From IMG/VR virus record IMGVR_UViG_3300047548_001136, positions 1 to 64,000 of that record: DNA of 64,000 nucleotides. The stretch is one strand, 5' to 3'. Of this stretch, positions 1 to 9,880 are shown piece by piece (the stretch's first letter is position 1; each line of letters opens with the position of its first letter). The notes beneath the pieces are model-generated. The model made no database searches. It had not been told where the DNA came from and was given only the letters and a program-made list of their open reading frames with translations. The translations under genes and the position numbers were made by a program. The stretch comes from a virus.

Positions 1-50
1 AAAGTCCAAAAAGGGCTATACCCGCAAAGTTAAGCACAAAGGGAAGATTG

Positions 51-1250
51 ATGGCTAAAGCTGCTAAAGCTACCAAAACAGATAAAATTGCTGCCGTAGC
101 AGCAGTCCGCCCAAAAGCTAGGCGCCTTAAGGGCAAGTACAGTGAAATGGACGTTAAGGCTACTGGTCCAATGCCAGAGTGGCACGACCAAGATAAGCTT
201 ACCCCTGAGCAGCATTCCAAGCGTTGGCGCCAGGGCGTCTACTTTTATTACTATCACCACACTATGAAGGATCTTCGTCCCTTCATCCTCGAAGTGTTTA
301 AGTCTGTTTGGTCTAAAAAGCAGATCAAGGACTTTAACAAGATTCGTGATAATCTCATTAGTCCGCAAGTTGGCGCCTTCTGTAAGATGGTGTGTGACGG
401 CGCACGGTGGGATGAAAACAGCAAAGCATGGACTGAGAAGCATTTTGCTAAGCTGTTCGAGAGCGTTGCTGGCATTGCAGACGAAGAAGACAAGCCCAAG
501 GAAGAACCTAAGAAGGTAATCAATATTCAGGATCGTCTTAATGAAATCCGCGAAGAAACAATTGGTGACCTTGAGTGCATTGAGGACGAGTTTATTCGTA
601 CTCGTAAGATGCCCAACGTAAACATTATGACTTGGCTGCGTCAGAAGAATGTACCGCAGCAGATCGTTCCTGCTATGATTGATTTCTATGCAGAGCGACT
701 TGCGTTTATGATGGAAGTAAAAGAAGGCAAAGATACCCAGCTTAAGGAGGGTTACGCTCATCTTAAGAAAAAGGACATTGACGTTTGGATTAAGTGGTAT
801 AACGACATTATCACTGATCTCGACGGTTATAAGCGTGTTAAAGTTGCTGCACGTAAGCCACGTATGCGTAAGCCTCAGAGCCCTGAGAAGCTTGCACGTA
901 AGATGAAGTTCCAAAAAGAACTTCCTGAGTTTGGCATTACTAGTGTACAGCCTAAAGAAATTGTTAACGCAACGCAAGTTTGGGTGTATAACACTAAGAC
1001 ACGTAAGCTTGGACGTTACGTTGCAAGTGAGCAGGACAAGAGCTTGACCGTAAAGGGTAGTACTATCCTTGGGTGGGATCCTAAGCTGAGTATCGCTAAG
1101 ACACTCCGCAAGCCAAAGGAACAGCTTAAGGCTTTCCAAGAAAGCGGCAAAGTCCAGCTTAGAACGTTCCTTGATAAGATCAAGGCAACTGAAGTGAAGT
1201 TGAATGGTAGGACGAATGACCAAACTATCATTCTTAGAGTTGATCAGTAA
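51..1250 (+). CDS. hypothetical early protein, Lys-rich
   Basis: Long ORF; ATG at 51 after GGGAAG; GC-richer codons than the late genes; no family recognised. Confidence 0.75.
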   Translation: MAKAAKATKTDKIAAVAAVRPKARRLKGKYSEMDVKATGPMPEWHDQDKLTPEQHSKRWRQGVYFYYYHHTMKDLRPFILEVFKSVWSKKQIKDFNKIRDNLISPQVGAFCKMVCDGARWDENSKAWTEKHFAKLFESVAGIADEEDKPKEEPKKVINIQDRLNEIREETIGDLECIEDEFIRTRKMPNVNIMTWLRQKNVPQQIVPAMIDFYAERLAFMMEVKEGKDTQLKEGYAHLKKKDIDVWIKWYNDIITDLDGYKRVKVAARKPRMRKPQSPEKLARKMKFQKELPEFGITSVQPKEIVNATQVWVYNTKTRKLGRYVASEQDKSLTVKGSTILGWDPKLSIAKTLRKPKEQLKAFQESGKVQLRTFLDKIKATEVKLNGRTNDQTIILRVDQ

Positions 1251-1261
1251 AGGAGATCAAA

Positions 1262-1441
1262 ATGGGTTGGATTATTGGAATTATTGTAGTACTTGCAGTG
1301 ATCGGTGCTTTTACTAAAGGTGGAGGAAACTCTGGAGGTGGACCCGGCGGCGGGGGTCGCAAAAAGAGTAATGTTATTCGCAATTCTGCTATCGCAGGAG
1401 TAGCTGGGTATGCAGCTGGCAAAAAGATCGCCCAGCTTTAA
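1262..1441 (+). CDS. small membrane protein, 59 aa, absent from ORF track (MGWIIGIIVVLAVIGAFTKGGG...AIAGVAGYAAGKKIAQL)
   Basis: AAGGAG SD at 1250-1255; hydrophobic N-terminal helix; C-terminal 17 aa are 15/17 identical to the end of the 53885-54571 protein. Confidence 0.8.
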   Translation: MGWIIGIIVVLAVIGAFTKGGGNSGGGPGGGGRKKSNVIRNSAIAGVAGYAAGKKIAQL

Positions 1442-1481
1442 TAGTTGTTAATCAAAAGCATTGCTGTAACTAAATAATGTT

Positions 1482-2237
1482 ATGGCAACGTTACAAGAGT
1501 TAAAAACAGAAGTATTTGATTATGTCCGTTTCAGCTTAGCTGATGGAATGGTAGATGTTGAGCTAGATCCAGCTCATTATGAAACCGCTTTAAAGCAAGC
1601 GTTGCTAAAATACAGACAGAGAAGCGCCAACAGTGTGGAAGAAAGTTTCGCCTTTCTTCCACTTATTGTTGATACCGACAAATACATACTACCACCAGAA
1701 GTGATCAGTGTTAAGCAGGTTTATCGTCGTAGCATTGGTTCAACTACATCTACTGGTGCAACTCAATTTGAGCCATTTGAAGCAGGGTTTTTAAACTTGT
1801 ATCTATTACAAAGTGGTCGTGTTGGTGGTTATCTAAACTACGAATTGTTTAGTCAGTTCCAAGAACTAAGCATGAGAATGTTTGGTGGTTTCATTAACTT
1901 TAAGTTTAACAAAGTAAACAAAGAACTTATGATATTCCGTCGTCCTCGTAACAGCGATGAAACAGTTATGTTACATACGTATAACTATAAGCCAGACGTA
2001 ACATTACTGTCTGATTACATGGCATTCCCTTGGATAAAAGATTATACACTTGCATCATGTAAAATGATACTTGGACAAGCATACGAAAAATTTGGTACTA
2101 TTGCTGGACCACAAGGTGGCACTACATTAAATGGCGCATCCTTAAAAAGTGAAGCACAAACTATGCTTGATAAACTTGAAGAAGATCTCAAGAATTATGT
2201 TGATGGTGGTGAACCACTTGGTTTTATTATTGGCTAA
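1482..2237 (+). CDS. neck protein, T4 gp13-like
   Basis: VDVELDPAHY, WIKDYTLASCKMILG..KF..I.GP.GG.TLNG and terminal PLGFIIG motifs; late-type TAAATA upstream. Confidence 0.8.
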   Translation: MATLQELKTEVFDYVRFSLADGMVDVELDPAHYETALKQALLKYRQRSANSVEESFAFLPLIVDTDKYILPPEVISVKQVYRRSIGSTTSTGATQFEPFEAGFLNLYLLQSGRVGGYLNYELFSQFQELSMRMFGGFINFKFNKVNKELMIFRRPRNSDETVMLHTYNYKPDVTLLSDYMAFPWIKDYTLASCKMILGQAYEKFGTIAGPQGGTTLNGASLKSEAQTMLDKLEEDLKNYVDGGEPLGFIIG

Positions 2238-2264
2238 TAACTTTTAGTTTGCTATATATTATAC

Positions 2265-2900
2265 ATGATTATTGGAATTTGTGGATTAATAGGTTCTGGT
2301 AAGGACACTATTGCAAGTCATCTTGTTGACAAGCACGGTTATGAACGTTATAGCTGGGCAAGCCCTCTTAAAGACATCACTGCAACACTATTTGGGTGGG
2401 ACAGGGATATGTTAGAAGGCACTACTCCTGACCAACGTATTAAGCGTGAAGAAATAGACCCGTGGTGGGATAAAAAGTTAAACAAATATGACCTTGTAAG
2501 CCCCCGATGGGTATTACAGTTTATTGGAACTGAGGTAATGCGTAATACGCTGCACAAAGATATTTGGGTTCTTGCAGGTATGAAACGCATTGAAGGTAAG
2601 AAAAATGTTGTTATTCCCGACACACGTTTCCCTAATGAGATTGAAGCTATTAGAGAAATGGGAGGTGTAATTTGGAATGTGCAACGTGGGCCATTACCAG
2701 AATGGTATCCTAAGCTTGTTGAGCTTAGAAGAGATTCAAATTTTAAACCGTCATTAATTGAATGGTTTATGTATGAAAACTATCCAAATGTACATGCTAG
2801 CGAATACAGTTGGGCAGGCACAGAATTTGATGCTGTGTTTCACAATAACGAAACAGTTAACCGTTTACAACAAAGTGTGGACTCAATAATCGGGAATTAA
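2265..2900 (+). CDS. deoxynucleoside monophosphate kinase, T4 gp1-like
   Basis: IIGICGLIGSGKDT P-loop, PRWVLQFIGTEVMR, DTRFPNE, HASE. Confidence 0.9.
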   Translation: MIIGICGLIGSGKDTIASHLVDKHGYERYSWASPLKDITATLFGWDRDMLEGTTPDQRIKREEIDPWWDKKLNKYDLVSPRWVLQFIGTEVMRNTLHKDIWVLAGMKRIEGKKNVVIPDTRFPNEIEAIREMGGVIWNVQRGPLPEWYPKLVELRRDSNFKPSLIEWFMYENYPNVHASEYSWAGTEFDAVFHNNETVNRLQQSVDSIIGN

Positions 2901-3227
2901 ATCAGATTTTTTATTTTGTGGTATTGCTGAGATTTCAGCAATGCAATTTAAGCAATATGTTCTTAGATTATCTCTGCCTACGTTAAGTTTATTGCCATCC
3001 AAATAAACTATTTTAAGCTGTGTATGATGCTTACTAACAAAGTTGCATCTATCACAGCTTTTCTTTTTTATATAATTGCTCTTAATCAACAATTGATTAG
3101 ATAATTCGTTTTGCTTTTTAATATCATTTAAACAGTTGCGACACATTTTTCTATAATGTGTTTTGTCGTTGCGCTTATAATTGATAGCAGCAGGTTTCTT
3201 CTTACATTTGGAACATTTTGGACGCAT
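2883..3227 (-). CDS. zinc-ribbon protein with degenerate HNH-like C-terminus
   Basis: Four CxxC pairs; QLKIVYLDGNKLN..RDNLRTYCLNC resembles HNH but lacks the catalytic His. Confidence 0.65.
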   Translation of the reverse strand: MRPKCSKCKKKPAAINYKRNDKTHYRKMCRNCLNDIKKQNELSNQLLIKSNYIKKKSCDRCNFVSKHHTQLKIVYLDGNKLNVGRDNLRTYCLNCIAEISAIPQNKKSDLIPDY

Positions 3228-3328
3228 TTTTAGTATTTAAGAGTTAAAGGCTCTTAAAGGTCCTTAATTATCAGCTATTTTTTGGTTATACTAGCTAAAT
3301 ATCCTTAGTAAAGAAGGAACACCGACAA

Positions 3329-6300
3329 ATGGCTTTAGTTTCTCCAGGCGTAGAAATCCAAGTTATTGATGAAAGTCAATATGCACCAACAGCAGTAGGC
3401 ACAATTCCCCTATTGTTCGTAGCAACTGCTCAAAATAAGCAGAGCCCAAGTGGCAACATAGCAGAAGCAACTGCTCCAGCAAATGCAAACAATCTTTATG
3501 TGTTAACTAGTCAAAGAGATGTATTAACATTCTTTGGTAGTCCATTGTTCTACAATAACACTAATAACGTTCCAATTCACGGTTATGAATTAAACGAATA
3601 TGGTCTACTAACAGCATATAGCTTGCTTGGTGTAACAAGTCGTTGCTATGTAATTCGTGCAGACATTGATTTAGCAGAACTTGCAAGCCTCGGAGATCGC
3701 CCACTTGCTGCTCCATCAGATATGACATACTGGTTAGACTTAACTCCAACACGTTGGGGTATATTCCAGTGGGATGCTACCGAGCAGTTATTTGATACTG
3801 TTGTTCCAATTGTTATTACAAACACAGACGATCTAAGCGGCGGTGCACCAAAGAACACTATTGGTAATATTGGTGATTATGCAGTTGTTACTACAAACGA
3901 CGCTAACCCAGTATTCTACAAAGGCAAAGACGGCAACGGTTCACTAGTTTGGGCACTTGTTGGTTCAGATGACTGGAGAGATTTAATTCCAACAGTTGCT
4001 GGTACAATCCCAAGTCCAACTAACTTAGCATCAGGTGACACTATTATTATTAACGGTCAAATTGTTACGCTAACTGGTGACACTGTTGATGATTTAGTTG
4101 AAGACATTAACGGTACAGCAATTACAGGTGTCCGTGCTCAAAAGATTGCCGGCAAGCTTTATCTCTTTGCTACAAGCGAAGCAAGTAGCGATGGCAGCAC
4201 AATGGACGGCATTGTAGACATTGCAAATGATAGTGGTGAAATCCTCGAAGCACTTGGAATTTCCGCAGGACCTTATGCTATCCCTGCGACCCAATTAAGC
4301 AAGCATACACAAGTTCCACAGTGGAAAGCTAACGACTCAACTCCACGCCCATCAGGTTCTATTTGGGTTAAGACAACAGCTCCAAACTTTGGTGCAAGCA
4401 TTGCTGTTAAGCGTTACAATGCACTAACAGAAACTTGGCAACTTCTTCCAGTTCAGTTAGAAGCAACTGATTGGGCTGCAAACAAGTACTTTGATCCGCT
4501 ACGTGGTGGTTCAGGTATCCCGGTAGGTACAGTTTACGTACAGTATGACGTAACAAGTCAAGGTTATGTAACATACAAGATTTTTGTTCGTGCAAGACAG
4601 GGTGCAACTATTGTAACTGGTAACGAAACAAATCCATCCATTACAATTGGTGACTCATTTGCTATTTCATATAGCGTACCAAACAGTGAAAACTTAACTA
4701 CCCCAGTAACAGTTACTATGACTGGTGAAACAGCAGAAAACTTTGTGGAAGATGTTCTTGCTGCGGGTCTTGATTATGTAAGCGCACAAGTTAACCCAGA
4801 TGGAAGTGTTGCACTTATCCATACTGCTGGTGGTGTACTAGCATTAGCTAACGTAACAGGTAGTCCACTTGATGAAGTAGGTATTACTGAAACTTCAGAT
4901 TTCTGCCGTGCAGCAGACAACGTATCAAGTGAAGGTTCATTAGTATTCCAAGATCAAAATCAAGCAATCATTGCAAGTAACTGGGTTCCAGAAGAATATA
5001 CAGCTAGTGTAACTCCTCCAGGTCGTGATCCAGCTGACAAAACAAAGTGGTATTGGGGTGAAGTAGGTGAAGCCGACGTTATGATTCACGACGGTAACAC
5101 TTGGAAAGGTTATCGCAACGTAAGCATTGATGCACGTGGCTTTAACTTAACAAACACTGATCCAAATGGTCCAATTTTCTCAGTAACAGAGCCAACAGCA
5201 CAGAGTGATGGTTCAAAGCTAGAATATGGTGATCTATGGATTGATACTAGTGATTTAGAAGTTTATCCAAAGCTATATCGTTGGGAAATTGTTAACGGCG
5301 AACAGAAGTGGGTAGAAGTTAATAATACTGATCAGACAAGTGAAAATGGTATCCTCTTTGCTGATGCACGCTTTATGGGTGACTCAACTAGCGACGTAGT
5401 AAATGACGTAATTCCTGAAATTAAGGACATGCTCAATAACAACTACGTAGATTTGGATGCTCCAGATCCACTACTTTATCCACGTGGTATGTTGCTATTC
5501 AACACTCGTCGTTCAAGCTTTAACGTTAAAGAGTTCCGTCGTAATTATTACAACGCTGAGTCTTTCCCAGGTGAAGTTCTCCCAGTAGAAACTAACCAGT
5601 GGGTAAGCATTAGTGGTAGCAGAGAAAACGGCCACGCTTACTTTGGTCGTAAGGCTCAACGTAACGTAGTTGTACAAGCAATGCGTAGCGCAATTGACAC
5701 TAACACTGAAATCCGTGAAGAAATGCGTGAGTTTAACCTAGTTGCTGCTCCAGGATATCCAGAGCTAATTCCAAACATGGTACAGCTAAACAATGACCGT
5801 AAGCAGACAGCATTCGTTGTAGGTGACAGTCCATTCCGCATCCCAACTGAAGGTACTACACTTACACGTTGGTTACAGAATAGCAACCTTGAAGGTGTTG
5901 AAACTGAGAACTCACTTGTTACTAGAGATCCATACTTGGGCGTTTGGTATCCAAGCGTACTAGGTGCAGACTTAGCAGGTAATCAAGTTGCTATGCCGCC
6001 AAGCTTTGCAGTATTGCGTATGATTATCCGTAGTGACCAAGCTGCATTCCCTTGGTTCGCTCCAGCTGGTATTCGCCGTGGTGTACTTGATAACGTAACA
6101 CGCCTTGGTTACTTAAATGACGAAGGTGAATTCGTAAGTGTTGGTGTACGCCAAGGTATACGCGATATTCTTTACGAAAACAACGTAAACCCACTAACAT
6201 TTACCCCAGTCTCAGGTATCATTGCTGATGGTCAAAAGACACGTTCAAGCAGCTTCTCAGCACTTGATCGTATTAACGTAGCTCGTTTAATTGTTCATAT

Positions 6301-6607
6301 GAGAACAGTATTAGACAGAGCAGTTAAGCAGTTCTTGTTTGAACCAAACGACAAGATTACTAGAGACGAAGTAAAAGGCGTCGTTGAAAAGTTAATGAAT
6401 GATTATCTATCAAAGAGAGCATTGTATGACTACGCAGTAGTTTGCGATGAAACAAACAATACTCCAGATAGGATTGATCGTAACGAATTGTACATTGATA
6501 TCGCAATTGAACCAGTTAAGGCAATTGAATTTATCTACATACCAATTCGCATTAAGAACACAGGTGAAATTGCTAGCGGCAGCGCTTCTACAAGCAGACC
6601 AGTATAA
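3329..6607 (+). CDS. contractile tail sheath protein, gp18-like, 1092 aa
   Basis: MALVSPGVEIQVIDES N-terminus; PWFAPAG.RRG, LDRINVARL, FEPND, VCDETNNTP, IEPVKAIEFIYIPI. Confidence 0.95.
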   Translation: MALVSPGVEIQVIDESQYAPTAVGTIPLLFVATAQNKQSPSGNIAEATAPANANNLYVLTSQRDVLTFFGSPLFYNNTNNVPIHGYELNEYGLLTAYSLLGVTSRCYVIRADIDLAELASLGDRPLAAPSDMTYWLDLTPTRWGIFQWDATEQLFDTVVPIVITNTDDLSGGAPKNTIGNIGDYAVVTTNDANPVFYKGKDGNGSLVWALVGSDDWRDLIPTVAGTIPSPTNLASGDTIIINGQIVTLTGDTVDDLVEDINGTAITGVRAQKIAGKLYLFATSEASSDGSTMDGIVDIANDSGEILEALGISAGPYAIPATQLSKHTQVPQWKANDSTPRPSGSIWVKTTAPNFGASIAVKRYNALTETWQLLPVQLEATDWAANKYFDPLRGGSGIPVGTVYVQYDVTSQGYVTYKIFVRARQGATIVTGNETNPSITIGDSFAISYSVPNSENLTTPVTVTMTGETAENFVEDVLAAGLDYVSAQVNPDGSVALIHTAGGVLALANVTGSPLDEVGITETSDFCRAADNVSSEGSLVFQDQNQAIIASNWVPEEYTASVTPPGRDPADKTKWYWGEVGEADVMIHDGNTWKGYRNVSIDARGFNLTNTDPNGPIFSVTEPTAQSDGSKLEYGDLWIDTSDLEVYPKLYRWEIVNGEQKWVEVNNTDQTSENGILFADARFMGDSTSDVVNDVIPEIKDMLNNNYVDLDAPDPLLYPRGMLLFNTRRSSFNVKEFRRNYYNAESFPGEVLPVETNQWVSISGSRENGHAYFGRKAQRNVVVQAMRSAIDTNTEIREEMREFNLVAAPGYPELIPNMVQLNNDRKQTAFVVGDSPFRIPTEGTTLTRWLQNSNLEGVETENSLVTRDPYLGVWYPSVLGADLAGNQVAMPPSFAVLRMIIRSDQAAFPWFAPAGIRRGVLDNVTRLGYLNDEGEFVSVGVRQGIRDILYENNVNPLTFTPVSGIIADGQKTRSSSFSALDRINVARLIVHMRTVLDRAVKQFLFEPNDKITRDEVKGVVEKLMNDYLSKRALYDYAVVCDETNNTPDRIDRNELYIDIAIEPVKAIEFIYIPIRIKNTGEIASGSASTSRPV

Positions 6608-6649
6608 GGCAAATTAAATGTATAAATATTTAGGTAATAGGAGATAACA

Positions 6650-7267
6650 ATGGCCGTAGCAAGCTTAACAAGATTTACAGTTCCATTGGCTAGCGATCAA
6701 AGCGCACAGAGCCAAGGTCTGCTAATGCCAAAGCTCAAGTATCGCTTTAGAGTAATATTTGAAAACTTTGGTGTAACCGCTGAAAGAACAGAACTTACAA
6801 AGCAAGTTGTAAGTGCTGCTCGTCCAACAGTACAGTTTGAAGAAGTTGTACTAGATGTTTACAACAGCAAGATCAAACTTGCTGGTAAACCAAGCTGGAA
6901 CGACATTAGCATTGTTATACGTGATGATGCACTTGGTACTGTTTCTCGCATGATTGGTGAGCAACTACAGCGTCAATTCGATTTCTTCGAGCAGTCATCA
7001 GCACAAGCTGGTATCGTTTACAAGTTTACTACTAAAATTGAAATGCTTGATGGTGGTAACGGTGCAGATACTCCACTTGTACTTGAAACTTGGGAACTAT
7101 ATGGTTGCTACTTAAACAGCGTAAACTATAGCGAACTTAACTATAGTGATAGCGGTGCAGTAGAAATTACTATGGACATTAAGTATGATAACGCACTACA
7201 GACTCCACAAGGTTCTGGTGTTGGTGCAGCTATCGACCGTGTACAAGGCTTTACTGCTACAGGCTAA
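6650..7267 (+). CDS. tail tube protein, gp19-like
   Basis: Directly follows the sheath; LMPKLKYRFRV, KLAGKPSW, ETWELYGC, I.YD; has late promoter, SD and terminator. Confidence 0.9.
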   Translation: MAVASLTRFTVPLASDQSAQSQGLLMPKLKYRFRVIFENFGVTAERTELTKQVVSAARPTVQFEEVVLDVYNSKIKLAGKPSWNDISIVIRDDALGTVSRMIGEQLQRQFDFFEQSSAQAGIVYKFTTKIEMLDGGNGADTPLVLETWELYGCYLNSVNYSELNYSDSGAVEITMDIKYDNALQTPQGSGVGAAIDRVQGFTATG

Positions 7268-7286
7268 TAAAATTAGATCTCCAAAG

Positions 7287-7316
7287 AAAGCCCAGTTTCA
7301 AAAGCTGGGCTTTTTT
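7287..7316 (+). terminator. rho-independent terminator after tail tube gene
   Basis: AAAGCCCAG..CTGGGCTTTTTT hairpin plus T-tract. Confidence 0.85.
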
Positions 7317-7354
7317 GTTGGCTATAAATATATTAGTAACTTTAGGAATACGAA

Positions 7355-8605
7355 TTGGCTAAAAACCCAATCCCAGTACCAAAACTTCGTCCCAACAACC
7401 TCCGTAATCCAAACGGCGGCAACGCAGATATCTTTAATTTAAGAGATTATACACACGCTGCTAAAACATTTCTATCAGAGCCTGGCTATGCTATGGCTCC
7501 TAAGTTTGGATTTTTATTCCATGTAAGAATTGTTTTTAATCAACCAGGGCAAAGTCAAAACGGAGATAGAAGCAAAACAATTAGTGTATTATGTAAGAGT
7601 GCTGATCTTCCTAAATTTAACATTGATTATGACGAATTAAACAAGTATAACAAAAAAGAAGTTATTCCTAAAAAAATAAAATATGAAACAGTGTCATTAA
7701 CATTCCATGATGATGCAAAAAATATAATACGTGATATGTGGTTAGCATATAACACTTATTACTTTGCTGATGCTGGCATAACCCCAGAAGCATGGGGACT
7801 CGACGATACTTACTTAGAAAATAGACCATTTAATCGTTATGGGTTAGATAACAATCAAACTGTAAAGTTTATCAAAAGCGTAGACATTTACAGCATGGGA
7901 AATCACAAATATACAAAATATAGTTTGATTAATCCTCTTATTACAAGTTTTGATTTTGATCGTTATGATTATTCTGAAGGCACAAGAACAATGGAAACAC
8001 AGCTTCGTTTAGATTACGAAACTGTGTTGTATTATGAAGGCAGCACAGAGGAAATTCCAGGGTTTGGACCGGACAGCCCATATTATGATAATAAATTTAG
8101 TACCCTCGGAGAATTCCAAGCAAATGTTTCTGAAGGTGTTATAGATAAGATTGAAAAAGCAATATCAAAAACATCAACACAAAAAACTTTTCAACCTTAT
8201 CAAAATGAAATTAAAACATTGCCGGTTCGTATTAGTCCTGAACAAATTAATGCAGTCAAAGCAGTAGCAGCAAATAGTATTCAATCATCTCGACGCTTTA
8301 GCTTTCCAACTGCAACAGAATTAAAAAATGTTTCCAGTTTAGTTGATTTAAACGGGCGCAATAGATTTGATAGTCAAGGAAGAATTGCTAGTGTAGGTGC
8401 AGTTGTTAGTAATGGATTACAAATTAATTCTAATGCACCAAGTTCAAATGGTTTGCAAACAACAGCAACAGGCAATTTATCTTCTCTAATTGTAAATGCA
8501 ATTATCCCAGACGGACTAACTTCATCAGAACGTCAAAAGTTCTTACAATCTTACCCGCCACTACCAACAACCGATAGTAGAACAAGGTTACCGCCATATG
8601 TCTAA
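7355..8605 (+). CDS. tail-tube-fold baseplate/tube initiator protein (gp48/gp54-like)
   Basis: PKFGFLFHV, CKSADLPKF, YETVSLTFHDD, LINPLITSF tube-fold motifs; TTG start with AGGA. Confidence 0.65.
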   Translation: MAKNPIPVPKLRPNNLRNPNGGNADIFNLRDYTHAAKTFLSEPGYAMAPKFGFLFHVRIVFNQPGQSQNGDRSKTISVLCKSADLPKFNIDYDELNKYNKKEVIPKKIKYETVSLTFHDDAKNIIRDMWLAYNTYYFADAGITPEAWGLDDTYLENRPFNRYGLDNNQTVKFIKSVDIYSMGNHKYTKYSLINPLITSFDFDRYDYSEGTRTMETQLRLDYETVLYYEGSTEEIPGFGPDSPYYDNKFSTLGEFQANVSEGVIDKIEKAISKTSTQKTFQPYQNEIKTLPVRISPEQINAVKAVAANSIQSSRRFSFPTATELKNVSSLVDLNGRNRFDSQGRIASVGAVVSNGLQINSNAPSSNGLQTTATGNLSSLIVNAIIPDGLTSSERQKFLQSYPPLPTTDSRTRLPPYV

Positions 8606-8960
8606 TTTACCAAAAACTAATGATGATTATAATACTAATGCATATTTTTCTAGTTATTATCGTACAAATTTGCCCGTAACTGGCCAACAATATGATGCAG
8701 TGTTAACTTTCTTTCTAAAGAAAACAAGTGGTAATAGAACTGCCGCAGAAGCTTTAACTGCAAGTGTAATGACTATTGCCCAAAATCAAGGTGTTGACCC
8801 AATTGGGTTTATTGAAGAGTTTAAGCGTTTTAATGACAACGATAGCTTTAAAGCAGCATTGCTTTCTTTATTAAACAGTGACAGACGTCCAACAAGTAAA
8901 CTAGGATACAGTGTATTGCCACAAGCAAATCCAAATATTGCCAGAAACATTGGAAAATAA
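8598..8960 (+). CDS. hypothetical virion protein
   Basis: Overlap-coupled ORF in the structural operon. Confidence 0.65.
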   Translation: MSNLPKTNDDYNTNAYFSSYYRTNLPVTGQQYDAVLTFFLKKTSGNRTAAEALTASVMTIAQNQGVDPIGFIEEFKRFNDNDSFKAALLSLLNSDRRPTSKLGYSVLPQANPNIARNIGK

Positions 8961-9416
8961 ATGGCTAACAAGAAGTGGTTACAGGGTAAGTTTACTGTAA
9001 AAAATCCTGAAAAATATGTTGGAACAAAAACACCAACATATAGATCAAGTTGGGAATTTGCATTTATGCAATTTTGTGATAATCACCCCAACATTATTAA
9101 TTGGGCAAGTGAAGCAATAAAGATACCATATCGTAATCCGTTAACAGGAAAACAAAGCATTTATGTTCCTGATTTTTTAGTTGTTTATCAAGACAAAGAT
9201 GGTAACCAAAGAACTGAGTTAGTTGAAATTAAACCTAGCAGTCAAACTACACTAGAATCTGCAGGCAAAAATAAACAAAATGTTGCAGCAGTTGCAGTTA
9301 ATATGGCTAAGTGGCAAGCAGCAAATGCTTGGGCTAAACGTGCAGGTGTTACTTTTAAAGTAATTTCAGAATCAGATATATTTAAAAATACCAAAGGTTC
9401 TACTAAACGTCGCTAA
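8961..9416 (+). CDS. head completion nuclease, T4 gp4 / TnsA-like
   Basis: NPEKYVG, YRSSWE, WASE, Y.PDF, VEIKP, N.AKW.AA. Confidence 0.9.
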   Translation: MANKKWLQGKFTVKNPEKYVGTKTPTYRSSWEFAFMQFCDNHPNIINWASEAIKIPYRNPLTGKQSIYVPDFLVVYQDKDGNQRTELVEIKPSSQTTLESAGKNKQNVAAVAVNMAKWQAANAWAKRAGVTFKVISESDIFKNTKGSTKRR

Positions 9417-9424
9417 GTAATTGC

Positions 9425-9880
9425 ATGACTAAAAATTTAGAAAACTTTTTTAACTTACCTTCAGCAGATTCCGAAGAATTAACTCAATCTGAAATAATTG
9501 AGACATTGAAAGAAGTAGAAGATATTGACGATAAAATGAAAAGTATCGTTGATCTAACTTCTAGCGATAAGGAAATGGATGACCTTGCAGAACAAGCAAT
9601 GGGAACATTTAAAGATTTAATGGATTTAGGTATGAATGTTGATGCAAGAGCCGCTGCCCCTATTTTTGAAGCAGCAACAAAGCTTATGGGTCATGCATTA
9701 ACTGCTAAAGCAAGTAAGATTGATAAGAAACTAAAGCTTCTTGATCTTGAACTTAAAAAGAGACGACTAGATCATCAAATCGCACAAGATACTGGTAATA
9801 ATGAAGAAGCAGGTGAAGTTGAAGGCACAGGCAGAGTTCTAGATAGAAACGAGCTATTAAAAATTATCAAAGGTAATTGA
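9425..9880 (+). CDS. putative terminase small subunit (gp16-like helical protein)
   Basis: Helical/coiled-coil; ARAAAPIFEAATKL resembles the gp16 PRAYEV motif; C-terminal DRNELLK; position after gp4. Confidence 0.45.
   Translation: MTKNLENFFNLPSADSEELTQSEIIETLKEVEDIDDKMKSIVDLTSSDKEMDDLAEQAMGTFKDLMDLGMNVDARAAAPIFEAATKLMGHALTAKASKIDKKLKLLDLELKKRRLDHQIAQDTGNNEEAGEVEGTGRVLDRNELLKIIKGN

Noticed and set aside
30-1223. 397-aa minus-strand ORF
   Set aside because: Antisense shadow of the 51-1250 gene; no SD or motifs, explained by codon bias on the + strand.
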